From a virus, in IMG/VR virus record IMGVR_UViG_2912849059_000001: 64,000 nt of DNA; one strand, written 5' to 3'. Both the position numbers and the translations under genes were made by a program. The notes beneath the pieces are model-generated. The model did no database searches. It was not told the DNA's origin and worked only from the letters and a program-made list of their open reading frames with translations. Shown here one piece after another: positions 47,399-57,677 of the stretch (its first letter is position 1; each line of letters opens with the position of its first letter).

Positions 47399-48748
47399 TT
47401 ATACTGTTTTCTCAAAAATACCTAACCCAGCAGGACGATACGCCGTAGCAGGTCTTTTTGTAATTGGTGAAATAGCATCTACATTAAAGAATTTGTAAAT
47501 GTCGTGTGAATCCGGACAAGTATTCTTTCTAACTTTTAATCTATCGCCATTTAATAGACCTAGCGGAGACAATAGGATCATATAAGGTAAATATCCACGT
47601 ACACCTTCATCTGGATGCACAATATAAGCACGAGAAGTATGTACTTTATTGCTATAAACAGACGGGTTAAATTGATATTTGTATTCGTCATTATCTTGTG
47701 ACTGCCATGCTAGTGAATATTGACCGCCATCTTTACCAACGCGATCTGGTGGCATTGCATTAGGCGCTACATTCCAAGCAATAAAATGAGCCTGGTACCT
47801 TGCTCCTAATCGTGAACGTTTAATAATTACATTATCAATACCGTTACCAGGAGAACGTGGATAAGACTTCATGACAGGCATGTAATTTTCTACATTTCTA
47901 TATGGTGTCGTATCGTTAAAATCGAATTTGTGTGATGCTGCTTCGTTCCCGGTATCAAATGCGGTTCCTGCCCATAATGCATCCCCTAATGTATCATCGT
48001 TAGCGTAACTTTCTAATTGGCCCATATAAAGCGGAGTAACTGGAACTACATTGTTTTCAAAAGCTGGTGTATTATCTGCTTGTATTAATAAAACAACGCG
48101 ACTTTCATCAACTTGGCCATTAATTCGCACTAATGAATCTGGCCACCAATTTGTTTGAGCATCGACACCTTGGATATTCGTATTTCGCAATGTTACTTTC
48201 ACCCAAGGAGACATCATGACTTGTGTCTCTGCTTCATCATAAGAGTAAACTTTATATGTACCGCCACCACTTGGACTTACTTTTGTAGTAACTGTTATCT
48301 TAGTTAATTCCACATCTAATAATATTTTTTCAAATTTATTAGATTCATAAGGAAGAACAAGTATACCTTCATCAACAACGCTTGGTTCTTTTTCAATCAT
48401 ATAAACATAAAAACAAGAACGATCCCTGCCACTTTCTAGACGTTTTTTACCGTCTTCGGCAAAAGCTTTCTTTCCTTCTTCATTTGTGAAGTTGTATTTT
48501 ATCTCTGACTTTTTAAGTGACCATTTTGAAATTTGAGCAATCCCATAAATAGAACCGCTATTGTTCTTCACTAACATGTGTTTACTCATGCCAAATTCAA
48601 ATTTTGTATCATCGTCAGATTTCTGTTCCATATCTGGATAAACAGATCTGAAAAATGATTTTACTTTCTTCCATCCGTTAGCGATTACCAATTTAACAAT
48701 TTCGTCTTGGAATTCGCCTTCTGTATACATTTTTTCAACGTATGCCAT
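47399..48748 (-). CDS. Fibre/structural protein, 449 aa
   Basis: FNPSVYS..H.S..YIVHP.G shared with the 578-aa gene. Confidence 0.7.
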   Translation of the reverse strand: MAYVEKMYTEGEFQDEIVKLVIANGWKKVKSFFRSVYPDMEQKSDDDTKFEFGMSKHMLVKNNSGSIYGIAQISKWSLKKSEIKYNFTNEEGKKAFAEDGKKRLESGRDRSCFYVYMIEKEPSVVDEGILVLPYESNKFEKILLDVELTKITVTTKVSPSGGGTYKVYSYDEAETQVMMSPWVKVTLRNTNIQGVDAQTNWWPDSLVRINGQVDESRVVLLIQADNTPAFENNVVPVTPLYMGQLESYANDDTLGDALWAGTAFDTGNEAASHKFDFNDTTPYRNVENYMPVMKSYPRSPGNGIDNVIIKRSRLGARYQAHFIAWNVAPNAMPPDRVGKDGGQYSLAWQSQDNDEYKYQFNPSVYSNKVHTSRAYIVHPDEGVRGYLPYMILLSPLGLLNGDRLKVRKNTCPDSHDIYKFFNVDAISPITKRPATAYRPAGLGIFEKTV

Positions 48749-48761
48749 CTATTACACGCTC

Positions 48762-49142
48762 CTAATCTCTTAATAGTTGGTAATTAAGCCATATAACCTT
48801 TTTCTCTGCGGATGCATTGTGGTATTCGAACTTTAGCTCTGCATTAGCAGGTATAGGTTTTACAATGGAGAAATTAAATCCCTCCGGCACATCTTTTACA
48901 TAAACCTCTTTAAATACTTGTTGGCCATTAATAAATAAATTCCAGTAGTCCGAGTCACTGTAATGTGAAGCAGCAACAGAAAAAGCAATCATTTCTGTTT
49001 CGAATGGTAGTGAAAACTTATCTACATGAATTTCATCATGTATACCAATTCTTCGCCCTTGTATGAATGGCTCTGTTTTTGTTGGGAAGTAAGGTGCGTC
49101 AAATCTTCCACCAGCCATATAGGTAACAGCAAAACTCATCAA
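48762..49142 (-). CDS. 126-aa tail-module protein (paralogue A)
   Basis: YMAGGRFDAPYFPTKTEPFIQG. Confidence 0.75.
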   Translation of the reverse strand: MMSFAVTYMAGGRFDAPYFPTKTEPFIQGRRIGIHDEIHVDKFSLPFETEMIAFSVAASHYSDSDYWNLFINGQQVFKEVYVKDVPEGFNFSIVKPIPANAELKFEYHNASAEKKVIWLNYQLLRD

Positions 49143-49151
49143 TACGCCCCC

Positions 49152-49532
49152 TTATCTTAAAAAGTGCAATTCAAACCAAACTGTTTTATCAAGAATTCCT
49201 TGGTTATGGAATCGAAATACAATTGTGTCTCCTGCTTTAACTGCTTTATAAACCATAAAGTGCATCCCTTCCGGAAGCCGCTTTGTATAAATATCTTGGC
49301 AAACGGTTTGCCCGTTTACGATTAAATCCCATTTATCATCTAATTCGTAAATGGAAGAACTAACACTAATTGCGTAAATCTCCATATCTGCAGGTAATGT
49401 ATATTTCACTTCATCTGTTTTAAATGATGTGGAATCCATAATGAAACCTGGTATGAATGGTTCTGTTTTAGTTGGATGAAAAGGTGGATCTAATCGGCCA
49501 CCGGCTAAATAGGTTGTTTCAAACAAGAGCAA
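49152..49532 (-). CDS. 126-aa tail-module protein (paralogue B)
   Basis: YLAGGRLDPPFHPTKTEPFIPG. Confidence 0.75.
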   Translation of the reverse strand: MLLFETTYLAGGRLDPPFHPTKTEPFIPGFIMDSTSFKTDEVKYTLPADMEIYAISVSSSIYELDDKWDLIVNGQTVCQDIYTKRLPEGMHFMVYKAVKAGDTIVFRFHNQGILDKTVWFELHFLR

Positions 49533-49570
49533 TCACCCTTTTTCGTGTATTAAAAAATTCCCGTGCATCA

Positions 49571-49954
49571 TTACGACACATCGGGAATTGGTAAATCAGA
49601 TAGTATACCGTTACCTTTATTAAGGAGTCTCGGCTGCACACGCTCTAATTGTTTTTGTGCATTGTATATTAATTGTATCTCCATTTCTTTTCCGGTTACT
49701 TTATGAGAGATAAGAACCTTTTCTAGCATACCTTGTGAATTAAAGGCTAAATCATAGTGTAAATATTTATCTCCATCAACTGCAGATAAACGAGCACCAT
49801 CACGAATAAGGGTATAGCCTTCTGTCATACTTTCTTTAAATACATCGTTCGGGTCATTTCCAGGCATTGGTTTACCGCCGTTATATATTTGCCTGTCAAT
49901 CAACCCTTTCATTAGATACATAATCGGATCATATAAATTCTTTTGCATTATCAT
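49571..49954 (-). CDS. Tail-module protein, 127 aa
   Basis: ORF with RBS, in operon. Confidence 0.7.
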   Translation of the reverse strand: MIMQKNLYDPIMYLMKGLIDRQIYNGGKPMPGNDPNDVFKESMTEGYTLIRDGARLSAVDGDKYLHYDLAFNSQGMLEKVLISHKVTGKEMEIQLIYNAQKQLERVQPRLLNKGNGILSDLPIPDVS

Positions 49955-49964
49955 AAGATCACCC

Positions 49965-51512
49965 CTAATTTACCCTTGTGACAGCCCAAGTTTTCGCTGG
50001 GCGTTTGATATAATACCCAGTTGATTCATCTATATTTACTCGTTTAAATGTTAAATCGGGTAAAGAACCATAATCGTATAAAATATTATTTTGTGTATCT
50101 AATACTTGTATCCGTCCGGTAAGCCATCTTAAAGGAGTCCGTACCCCTTCGAAAACAATCATGTTTGCACCGTATTCGAGTGGTATATCAACGTATGTAG
50201 GATTATTACGTATAAAGTAATTTTCCTCTATTAACTTATCATTGCAATAAATATTTAATAAGTCGCCATCTTCATAATCATAGTCCCAAAGTTTTAATCG
50301 TAATGTATCTACATTTACTGTAATACCAGTTATATCTGTATATGGAGCAGGTTCATACCCATAGTTAACAGTTAAATCTAAAGTTTGATAGAATCCATCA
50401 TCTGCAGAAATCATTGTATTAATCCCTTTGACAAAGTAATTCCACTGTTGACCAGAATCTCTATTGTAAACAGAAATAACATCGAATAATTGAATCCTTG
50501 GATCCCCAACAACTGCAACCGTTAATGTTCTGAACTTCTGGATAGCTTTTAAATGATATGCTGCAGCAACCGCTCTTCTTGCAAAGAATGTTGTTGCCCA
50601 GGGCACTTCTATCATTTCCTCTCGTAAATCACCCTGCGATACATTTTTTAATAGAAACGAATTAAGAAATCCGTTTGCGTAATCTCCACATTTAACAACA
50701 ATACTATTACTTATATCTTGATCAGTTAGCTGCATATCTAAAGAGATAAGGTTTTCCCCTTCTCTAAAACTAAACTTTGCAGGTTCATTAATTGCATAGT
50801 CTGGCATTTTCATAAATGTACAACTTCCGTCTGGTTCGTGTTTAATATAGTGGAATGTTGTATCTATAATATCGCGAACAATTTCATCCCATTTTTGAAA
50901 TCTCTTACCGGTTGCTCCTTCTACAATCCAGCTCTGATTGGTTCCAGGAATATTTACTCTGTTACCGTGCAATGTAACTCCTGCTTTTTCAAAGAAGAAC
51001 TTCACAACATCATAAACATTACCGGTAGGTGCAACAATTTCATCTGATCCAGGTGTTGGGATTACTGATTTATGTAAAACCTTCTTATAGGATGTAGTGC
51101 AGGTTACTGAAATCGTGCCGCTTTCGGCATTTACCTTCACATCAGATACAAAACCATGTATATAAGGTAATGCTTCCTCACCGTAGCCAATAGACACTTT
51201 AAATTCAGTCTGCGGATATAGCTGGTTTGTATTTGTTACCTCACTGTTATAAAACCATTCTGAAATAGAAGAGAACTTCCCATACCAGTTGTCAGGAGCC
51301 ATTTGACCGTATTCATTTGCAAAGGTAATAGTAAATGTACTAGCAAACTGATCTGCGTTCTCCTGCACTTCTAAGCCTATTACACGATGTTGTATTTGTA
51401 CGTAAGAAGAAGAGTCTCTTCTTTTCATATAAACAATTAAATTAGGGGAGTTATTCCCAACTTGGAAATAGCTCCCCAACATTCTAATTAAAGAAATAGA
51501 TCCTTCTCTCAC
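49965..51512 (-). CDS. Baseplate hub (Tal/gp44-like) protein
   Basis: Position after Dit; GDPRIQLFDVI and QTLDL motifs. Confidence 0.65.
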   Translation of the reverse strand: MREGSISLIRMLGSYFQVGNNSPNLIVYMKRRDSSSYVQIQHRVIGLEVQENADQFASTFTITFANEYGQMAPDNWYGKFSSISEWFYNSEVTNTNQLYPQTEFKVSIGYGEEALPYIHGFVSDVKVNAESGTISVTCTTSYKKVLHKSVIPTPGSDEIVAPTGNVYDVVKFFFEKAGVTLHGNRVNIPGTNQSWIVEGATGKRFQKWDEIVRDIIDTTFHYIKHEPDGSCTFMKMPDYAINEPAKFSFREGENLISLDMQLTDQDISNSIVVKCGDYANGFLNSFLLKNVSQGDLREEMIEVPWATTFFARRAVAAAYHLKAIQKFRTLTVAVVGDPRIQLFDVISVYNRDSGQQWNYFVKGINTMISADDGFYQTLDLTVNYGYEPAPYTDITGITVNVDTLRLKLWDYDYEDGDLLNIYCNDKLIEENYFIRNNPTYVDIPLEYGANMIVFEGVRTPLRWLTGRIQVLDTQNNILYDYGSLPDLTFKRVNIDESTGYYIKRPAKTWAVTRVN

Positions 51513-52192
51513 ATTCCATCAACTCCTACTCCTGCTTGTGACATGGACATTAATTTACATTTTGCTATGACTAACGTTCCTTTTCGTATTGCATCTACTT
51601 CATTCGGCGGAATTATACCCCCGTAGGTACCGTAATCACCAGTAATAATATGAGGACGGTATATTTCCCTCATGAAATCACGCCAATAACTGATATCTTT
51701 AAATAGTACAGTGAATTCTACTTCACAACCTTTGCTACCTGCACTTTGAGAACGCGGGTATCCATGCATGACATTATGTAATTTTAAGCCATCTAGTGAT
51801 TTTGGTAATTTTGTTTGTTCAATCTTTTCGATATTAGGTACATGCCCAAATGCATAGTAATGTACGTCGCGTATATATGCTATGTCAGAGGAACCATAAC
51901 CGATTGTTGTAAATTCAATTGTTTGTGGCCCTGCACCTACAAAGATTTCTCTTGCTTCCCAGTCATAAGGTCCTCTTGCTCTAAATCTCTCAATACCATT
52001 TACCCGAACAATAAAGTACTTATCTGGTAACATGCCATCAGAACCAATAGGAACCTGGGACAAAAACGAAAAGTTATATGTCCCTGGCCATGAGAAATTA
52101 ATCGTATATCGTATTGTATTTTTTACTTCTGCTGCATCCCCTAAGAGATGGTATGAACCACCTCTTCTATGCAATGTTTTTAATATACTCAT
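51509..52192 (-). CDS. Distal tail (Dit-like) protein
   Basis: Directly after the tape measure gene. Confidence 0.55.
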   Translation of the reverse strand: MSILKTLHRRGGSYHLLGDAAEVKNTIRYTINFSWPGTYNFSFLSQVPIGSDGMLPDKYFIVRVNGIERFRARGPYDWEAREIFVGAGPQTIEFTTIGYGSSDIAYIRDVHYYAFGHVPNIEKIEQTKLPKSLDGLKLHNVMHGYPRSQSAGSKGCEVEFTVLFKDISYWRDFMREIYRPHIITGDYGTYGGIIPPNEVDAIRKGTLVIAKCKLMSMSQAGVGVDGM

Positions 52193-55100
52193 ACATTTCG
52201 CACCGCCATTCCCATTAGATCGTCAGCAACTACGTTTTGTAGCAGCTTTCTCATTTTTACAAAGTCATCTGCAGATTGTAGTTTTTCAACAGAGACTTTA
52301 AAAGTAGCATTTTGAATTGTTACGCCATTATCCGTTTTCTTCTCAACGTGGGTTTGTCCAGCAAATGGATGTGCAGTTTTACCGATTAGATCAGCAGAAC
52401 GTGCGCCCATTTGTCCAATTTGATTAGATACATCGGTTACTAGTTTCATTGGTTTAGGTGGTACGACAGCTTTATTTAATAGTTCAGAAGCTTTGTCTAC
52501 TGCAGGAATCATTTTTTCCATCCCTACACCAAGACCTTCTGTAATATAGCCCCCGTATTCCATCATTAACCGGGATGGGCTTCGAATACCAAAGAACTTT
52601 AATACGGCTTTAGGTATTCCCGAAACAACTCCTTTAGCTTTTTTTATAAGCCAATCTGCCATTCCTGACATACCTTCACCAATACCGGCAATAATATCTT
52701 TTCCCCAGCTAACTGCATCTTTTGCTACATTTTTTACTATAGAACCAACTTTACTGAATACATCTTTTACAGTATCTACAACCCCTGTAAATGCACCAGT
52801 GATTGCTTTCTTTATAGTTTTAAAGTTACTAACAATAAATTCTTTTATACCGCCCACAACATCAGTTATCGTGTTATATAATTTGTTGAAATTAGTAATT
52901 ACAAACCCAACAAATTCACGAACTGCATTAATGATTGTAAACTTTATAAAATTCCAAGCCGATTGAATCACATTTTTAATTGTGTTCATAACGCTAGAAA
53001 TTGTATCTTTAATAGATTCCCAAGAAGATTTCACGAAATCTTTTAAGAATTTTAATACTGTAGTAAAGGTTGATTTAATTGCGTCCCAGGCTTTCTTTAC
53101 AATTTCCTTAATCGTATTAAAAACACTGGATATTGTATTTTTCATTTTTTCGAATTCGGTTTTTACGTACTGCTTTATTATTGCTAAAGTCATAGAGAAA
53201 ATTCTTTTAATAGCATTCCATCCAGTAGAGAAAATTTTCTTCCAGGTGTTAACTGCCTTTTGGACACTATTCTTAATGAATTTCCATGTGCCATCTACAA
53301 TTTTTTTCAAACCATCTAATGCAAATTTGAAGATGAATTTAATAGCATTCCAACCGAATTCGATTATATTTTTCAACAAGTTAAAATACCATTTAACTAT
53401 TTTTACATAACCATCCCAAGCTTTAGAAAATATTTTACCTATGAATGACATTGCAGAACTGAATATTTTTTTCGTACCTTCCCAGAATCCAGAGAAGAAC
53501 TTACCTAAACCATTCCATGCTTTTTTTGCACCTTTTACAGTTGCATTCCAAGCCTTAGAGCAGACATCACCAATCCATTTAACAGCTTTTTTGGTGTATT
53601 TAACAATGTCATCCCAGTTTTTGTAAATAAGATATACTAATCCTACAATTGCTACGATTGCAAGCACCCAAGGATTCATCAGTAAAGTCATCATGGATCT
53701 GCCCAACAGTGCTAGAGCTTTCCCTATTGCGCCAAACATACCGATAAGTTTAGGGCCAATCTTTAACAATCCTGCAAATGCAGAACTTCCAAGAAAAGCT
53801 ACTGCTCTTCCTATCATTCCAAACATACCTATTAATCTAGGACCAAGTTTTAGTATTCCTGTAAATAGCATTGGTACTTTTGTTAATACCGGCACAAGGA
53901 ATCTAAACGAACCGACAAATGCACCTACTCCACTTGTCATAAAGCCCATCATGGCGACTAGGGGGCCTAACACTGCAACCATGCCTAAAAGAGCTACAAT
54001 ACCAATTTGAACTGGCTTAGGAATAGAACTAAATGCCTTTGCAGCAACTTCTACCGCTTTAATAATTGGAGGAAGTGCCACTTCTGCAATATCTAAAATA
54101 GCTTGTCCTAATGGTTCTAAAGATGCCATTGTAGTACGCATTAACTTTTGCCAACGAACACCAAAAGCTTCTTGCTGCGTCTTCTGCATTTTTCCCATTG
54201 TGCCCTCGACATCGCCTAACGCACCATTTGCATTATTAAGACCTAATACAGCCTGAGCACCCATGTCTTCCCATTTTGTACCGAATACAGCAACACCAAG
54301 TTGGTTTGCTTTTACTTTATCGTCCATCTTACCTAAATCACCTAAGACGGCATTAAATACATCTGCAGAAGTTCCTTTACCTTTATTGAAATTGTCCCAA
54401 ACCTTTTGAGTTGCTGGACTCATTTCTGCAAAGGCATCAGATACGCCTTTAGAACCATCTTGCACACGAATACCGAACTCTTTTACGAGATCGTTAATGT
54501 AATCGAGATTATAACTGCCGTCACGAGTCCCGTTTGCCATAATGGTAAACATCTCGTTAGCAGAGAAGCCGGCTTGTTTGTACAATGGCGCATATTCGGC
54601 CACATTATCAAACATTTCATTTGAATAGTTCAAACCTTCTTGTCCACCAGCAGCAAATAAATCGAATGCTTCCTTTGAAGAAATACCAAACTGATTCATT
54701 AACTGCCCTGCACCACGAGTTACTTCATTGATATCAGAATCAAATGTTTTACCCAATGTCATAGCACTTTTTGTAGCTTCTTCTAATTCTTCGTGAGGAA
54801 CGTCTTTCATATTCTGATACACTTTTATAAGAGACTGATCCACTTCCTCAATACTTTGGCCAAATCCATCTTTCCAAGTTTCTTTTGCGATTTTACCAAG
54901 GTTTTCAGCACCTTTTTCAGTAAGACCTAAAGAAGATTGGATGTTTCTTTGAGAAGTATCGAAATCAGAAGCCACTTTTACAGCTGCAGCACCGATACCA
55001 GCTAAAGGTAAGGAAACGCCCGTTGTCATGTTTGTACCAACATCTTTCATTTTGTTACCTACATGACTAATTGATTCCCCTGCCTTTTGGAATTTATCAT

Positions 55101-55212
55101 GCATTCCATTTGCAGTCTTTTGTACTCGATCTTCGAATTGTTGTAAATCTTTATAAGCGCCTTCTGCTTTAATACCAATCGTTCCGAACAGTTGGAACAT
55201 TTCAGATAACAT
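52189..55212 (-). CDS. Tail tape measure protein
   Basis: 1007 aa; KVASDFD..., W/F-periodic repeats, GIRSPSRLM. Confidence 0.93.
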   Translation of the reverse strand: MLSEMFQLFGTIGIKAEGAYKDLQQFEDRVQKTANGMHDKFQKAGESISHVGNKMKDVGTNMTTGVSLPLAGIGAAAVKVASDFDTSQRNIQSSLGLTEKGAENLGKIAKETWKDGFGQSIEEVDQSLIKVYQNMKDVPHEELEEATKSAMTLGKTFDSDINEVTRGAGQLMNQFGISSKEAFDLFAAGGQEGLNYSNEMFDNVAEYAPLYKQAGFSANEMFTIMANGTRDGSYNLDYINDLVKEFGIRVQDGSKGVSDAFAEMSPATQKVWDNFNKGKGTSADVFNAVLGDLGKMDDKVKANQLGVAVFGTKWEDMGAQAVLGLNNANGALGDVEGTMGKMQKTQQEAFGVRWQKLMRTTMASLEPLGQAILDIAEVALPPIIKAVEVAAKAFSSIPKPVQIGIVALLGMVAVLGPLVAMMGFMTSGVGAFVGSFRFLVPVLTKVPMLFTGILKLGPRLIGMFGMIGRAVAFLGSSAFAGLLKIGPKLIGMFGAIGKALALLGRSMMTLLMNPWVLAIVAIVGLVYLIYKNWDDIVKYTKKAVKWIGDVCSKAWNATVKGAKKAWNGLGKFFSGFWEGTKKIFSSAMSFIGKIFSKAWDGYVKIVKWYFNLLKNIIEFGWNAIKFIFKFALDGLKKIVDGTWKFIKNSVQKAVNTWKKIFSTGWNAIKRIFSMTLAIIKQYVKTEFEKMKNTISSVFNTIKEIVKKAWDAIKSTFTTVLKFLKDFVKSSWESIKDTISSVMNTIKNVIQSAWNFIKFTIINAVREFVGFVITNFNKLYNTITDVVGGIKEFIVSNFKTIKKAITGAFTGVVDTVKDVFSKVGSIVKNVAKDAVSWGKDIIAGIGEGMSGMADWLIKKAKGVVSGIPKAVLKFFGIRSPSRLMMEYGGYITEGLGVGMEKMIPAVDKASELLNKAVVPPKPMKLVTDVSNQIGQMGARSADLIGKTAHPFAGQTHVEKKTDNGVTIQNATFKVSVEKLQSADDFVKMRKLLQNVVADDLMGMAVRNV

Positions 55213-55246
55213 TTACGCACCCCCTTTCACGGGGCCGATAACCATT

Positions 55247-55678
55247 TTATTCTGCATCTTCATCGTCTTCGTCTTCTTGGAAGTGGGCCATGATCTGCTC
55301 AACATGCGCTTCACATTCTTCTTTCGTCCATACTTCACCCATTTTATAAGACGATTCTTTATCGCCCTGGTTGTCAGTGAGCCCAAAGGCTTGAAGATAA
55401 TCATTGAAAGTAGTACCTTCTTCAAGCTGACGAGTTTGAAAGCCAATGAACGCCATCTTCTTCCACTCATTTAGCTCTTCTTGCTGCTCTTCTCGTGCAA
55501 TTAAAGAAAACAGGTCCATTAAACGCGAATACGGTATTGATAAGACATAATCATCTGTCCATCCATACCGTTTTTGGATCTTATCGAAAGCACGTAACAT
55601 ATTTTGTTCTGCTTCCTCTAAATATTCATCTGAGTCTTCATTTACGCTAGGATTGGCGCTGCTGCTGATTGGCTCCAT
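55247..55678 (-). CDS. Tail assembly chaperone, -1 frameshift extension (gpT-like)
   Basis: YGWTDDYVLSIPYSRL; -1 frame open from the slippery site at 55717-55723. Confidence 0.75.
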   Translation of the reverse strand: MEPISSSANPSVNEDSDEYLEEAEQNMLRAFDKIQKRYGWTDDYVLSIPYSRLMDLFSLIAREEQQEELNEWKKMAFIGFQTRQLEEGTTFNDYLQAFGLTDNQGDKESSYKMGEVWTKEECEAHVEQIMAHFQEDEDDEDAE

Positions 55679-56160
55679 TTCTCGCTCTGAACTTTCACGA
55701 GTCCCTTGACCTGGTTGAAAAAAGTCATTAAGTCTTCACTTTCCAGTAATCCTTGAATAACAGAAACCATTGCTTCCGGAGGGAACTGTCTAAATTCTTC
55801 GGCTTTTACTTTTAATAAACTAGCAAAGAACTCTGTAAAATCATCTTCACAAGCAGGAATCATCGTTAGAACACGGAAAGCAAATTCTAATCCTTTTTGT
55901 TGCTGCTTCTCTTTAAGTGCAACTAATTGCGCTTGTTTTTCTTCTTCTGGAAGAGATTCTGCTGCTTTAGTAAGTTCATCCATTGCTTGCTTATCCTTAC
56001 CAAAATCAGCAAAGTTAACTATTGCGCTACGTCCAACCTTCGAAATAATCTTAGCGAATCGCCAAACGTCTGTTACATTTAATCGTCGCATTGTTACTTT
56101 TTCGCCTAAAATTGTTATTTCTGTACCGGTATTCATCATTTTTTCTAATATAGAAGTCAT
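55642..56160 (-). CDS. Tail assembly chaperone (gpG-like)
   Basis: Between major tail and tape measure genes; T-TTT-TTC heptamer near the 3' end. Confidence 0.8.
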   Translation of the reverse strand: MTSILEKMMNTGTEITILGEKVTMRRLNVTDVWRFAKIISKVGRSAIVNFADFGKDKQAMDELTKAAESLPEEEKQAQLVALKEKQQQKGLEFAFRVLTMIPACEDDFTEFFASLLKVKAEEFRQFPPEAMVSVIQGLLESEDLMTFFNQVKGLVKVQSEKWSQSAAAPILA

Positions 56161-56219
56161 TTTGTCCGCTCCTTTTTTTGTATTCAGCTCGTTTTATGCA
56201 ATAGAAAACCGACTACCAT

Positions 56220-56822
56220 TTATGCGGTAGCCGGTGCTTTTTGTACTGTTGCTTTCTTTTTCTTTGGTAAATAGATTTCGTATGGTGGTGTAGTTGGTGC
56301 AGATTCACTGTAATGACCGATAAATTTACATTTCAAACCAACCGTTCCTTTACCGTCTTTTAGATCCACCTCAATAGAAGAAACAACCATTGCATTACGA
56401 ATTACGAATATAACAGGTAATTCACTACCCGAAATCATACCAATGAGTGCAATATCATGATAGTTTGAATCAGGAATATCATTTGAAGGTTTCATAATAT
56501 CGTAATCAGTTTCAGTTGTACTATCTACCGTCATCCCAGGTAAAGCTAACTGCAGGTTTTCTTTTGTAAACTCCACTAATGTAAGTTCTACATGCGGTTC
56601 ATCTTTTAATAACCACTTACCACGCACCATTTTACCTAGCACACCATCAATATCTGCATCATAATACTCACGATCAAAACCCACTTTAGTTCCGCCTGTA
56701 GTCGCTCCTACAAGTTCACCTAATTCCTTTACACTTTTAAACCCTTTGTACATGACACCAGGACCGATAACAAAATTATCAGTAGTCCCTTCACGGACAC
56801 CATTAATTAATTTCCAGCTCAT
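56220..56822 (-). CDS. Major tail tube protein
   Basis: IGPGVMYKG, GATTGG; synteny. Confidence 0.8.
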   Translation of the reverse strand: MSWKLINGVREGTTDNFVIGPGVMYKGFKSVKELGELVGATTGGTKVGFDREYYDADIDGVLGKMVRGKWLLKDEPHVELTLVEFTKENLQLALPGMTVDSTTETDYDIMKPSNDIPDSNYHDIALIGMISGSELPVIFVIRNAMVVSSIEVDLKDGKGTVGLKCKFIGHYSESAPTTPPYEIYLPKKKKATVQKAPATA

Positions 56823-56834
56823 TTGTCCTACCCC

Positions 56835-57257
56835 CTAATACAAGTCCGTTCGCATGGTTCGGACAAGAAATTTTACATTTATATGAATGATAGATGGGTC
56901 TTCATCTGGTACAGGGATACTACCTGCACGATGTATAGAAAGTATCCCATCATCTTTTAAACCGACTTCTCTATCTAGTAACTTCTCAATACGTGTAGCA
57001 ATTGCATTTGCCTTATCATAATCCCCGTTATCACAATACACATCAAAATTAAGAATCATTCGGTCTATAATTTCAACGTCATCCGGATTATTTGCTTCAA
57101 TTCTTATAACTGCATAAGGCATGTTCATATCATCTTGTGCGGTTTGGAATGTAAGAGCAGGGCCTTTGTCCTCGCCTTCACCATATTCTGATAGATTAGC
57201 TTTTATTATTTCATCGTTCTCTACAAGCATTCTAATAGCTGCAATAGCGTTAGACAT
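56835..57257 (-). CDS. Tail terminator-like protein
   Basis: Synteny; PYAVI, FDVYCD. Confidence 0.65.
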   Translation of the reverse strand: MSNAIAAIRMLVENDEIIKANLSEYGEGEDKGPALTFQTAQDDMNMPYAVIRIEANNPDDVEIIDRMILNFDVYCDNGDYDKANAIATRIEKLLDREVGLKDDGILSIHRAGSIPVPDEDPSIIHINVKFLVRTMRTDLY

Positions 57258-57260
57258 GTA

Positions 57261-57671
57261 TTACCCTCCCATCATTCTTTTAAGTTCTCTACGTTCTTTT
57301 TCAAACGCTTTTAATAGGAATGGACGGGCTTCCATATGACTTGTACCAGTTTCAAGCCATATCGCTTTTTTCAAATCGCTCCCTACTGCACCCAATACCT
57401 CTGATTGTGACCGTTTAACATTGTATTTAATCGAATTTAACAAGTCACCGGTACGAACAGCAGGAGCTTCACCTGGTTTAGAAGCAGTATATTTACGACT
57501 CGTATGAGGTATTTTGTATTGCTTACCGCTACGGCTGCCTGTGAGGTTCTTCTTAACTTGATTTTGCAAATGAATAGATGCTGCTGTGACCTTTTCAACA
57601 CACATAGCATTAATATGTGTCTTTACTTGCTCCATATTGCTTGAGTACTCAATTTCTACTGAATTCGCCAT
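57261..57671 (-). CDS. HK97 gp10-like protein
   Basis: PAVRTGDLLNSI, LETGTSHMEARPFL. Confidence 0.85.
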   Translation of the reverse strand: MANSVEIEYSSNMEQVKTHINAMCVEKVTAASIHLQNQVKKNLTGSRSGKQYKIPHTSRKYTASKPGEAPAVRTGDLLNSIKYNVKRSQSEVLGAVGSDLKKAIWLETGTSHMEARPFLLKAFEKERRELKRMMGG

Positions 57672-57677
57672 ATAGAA

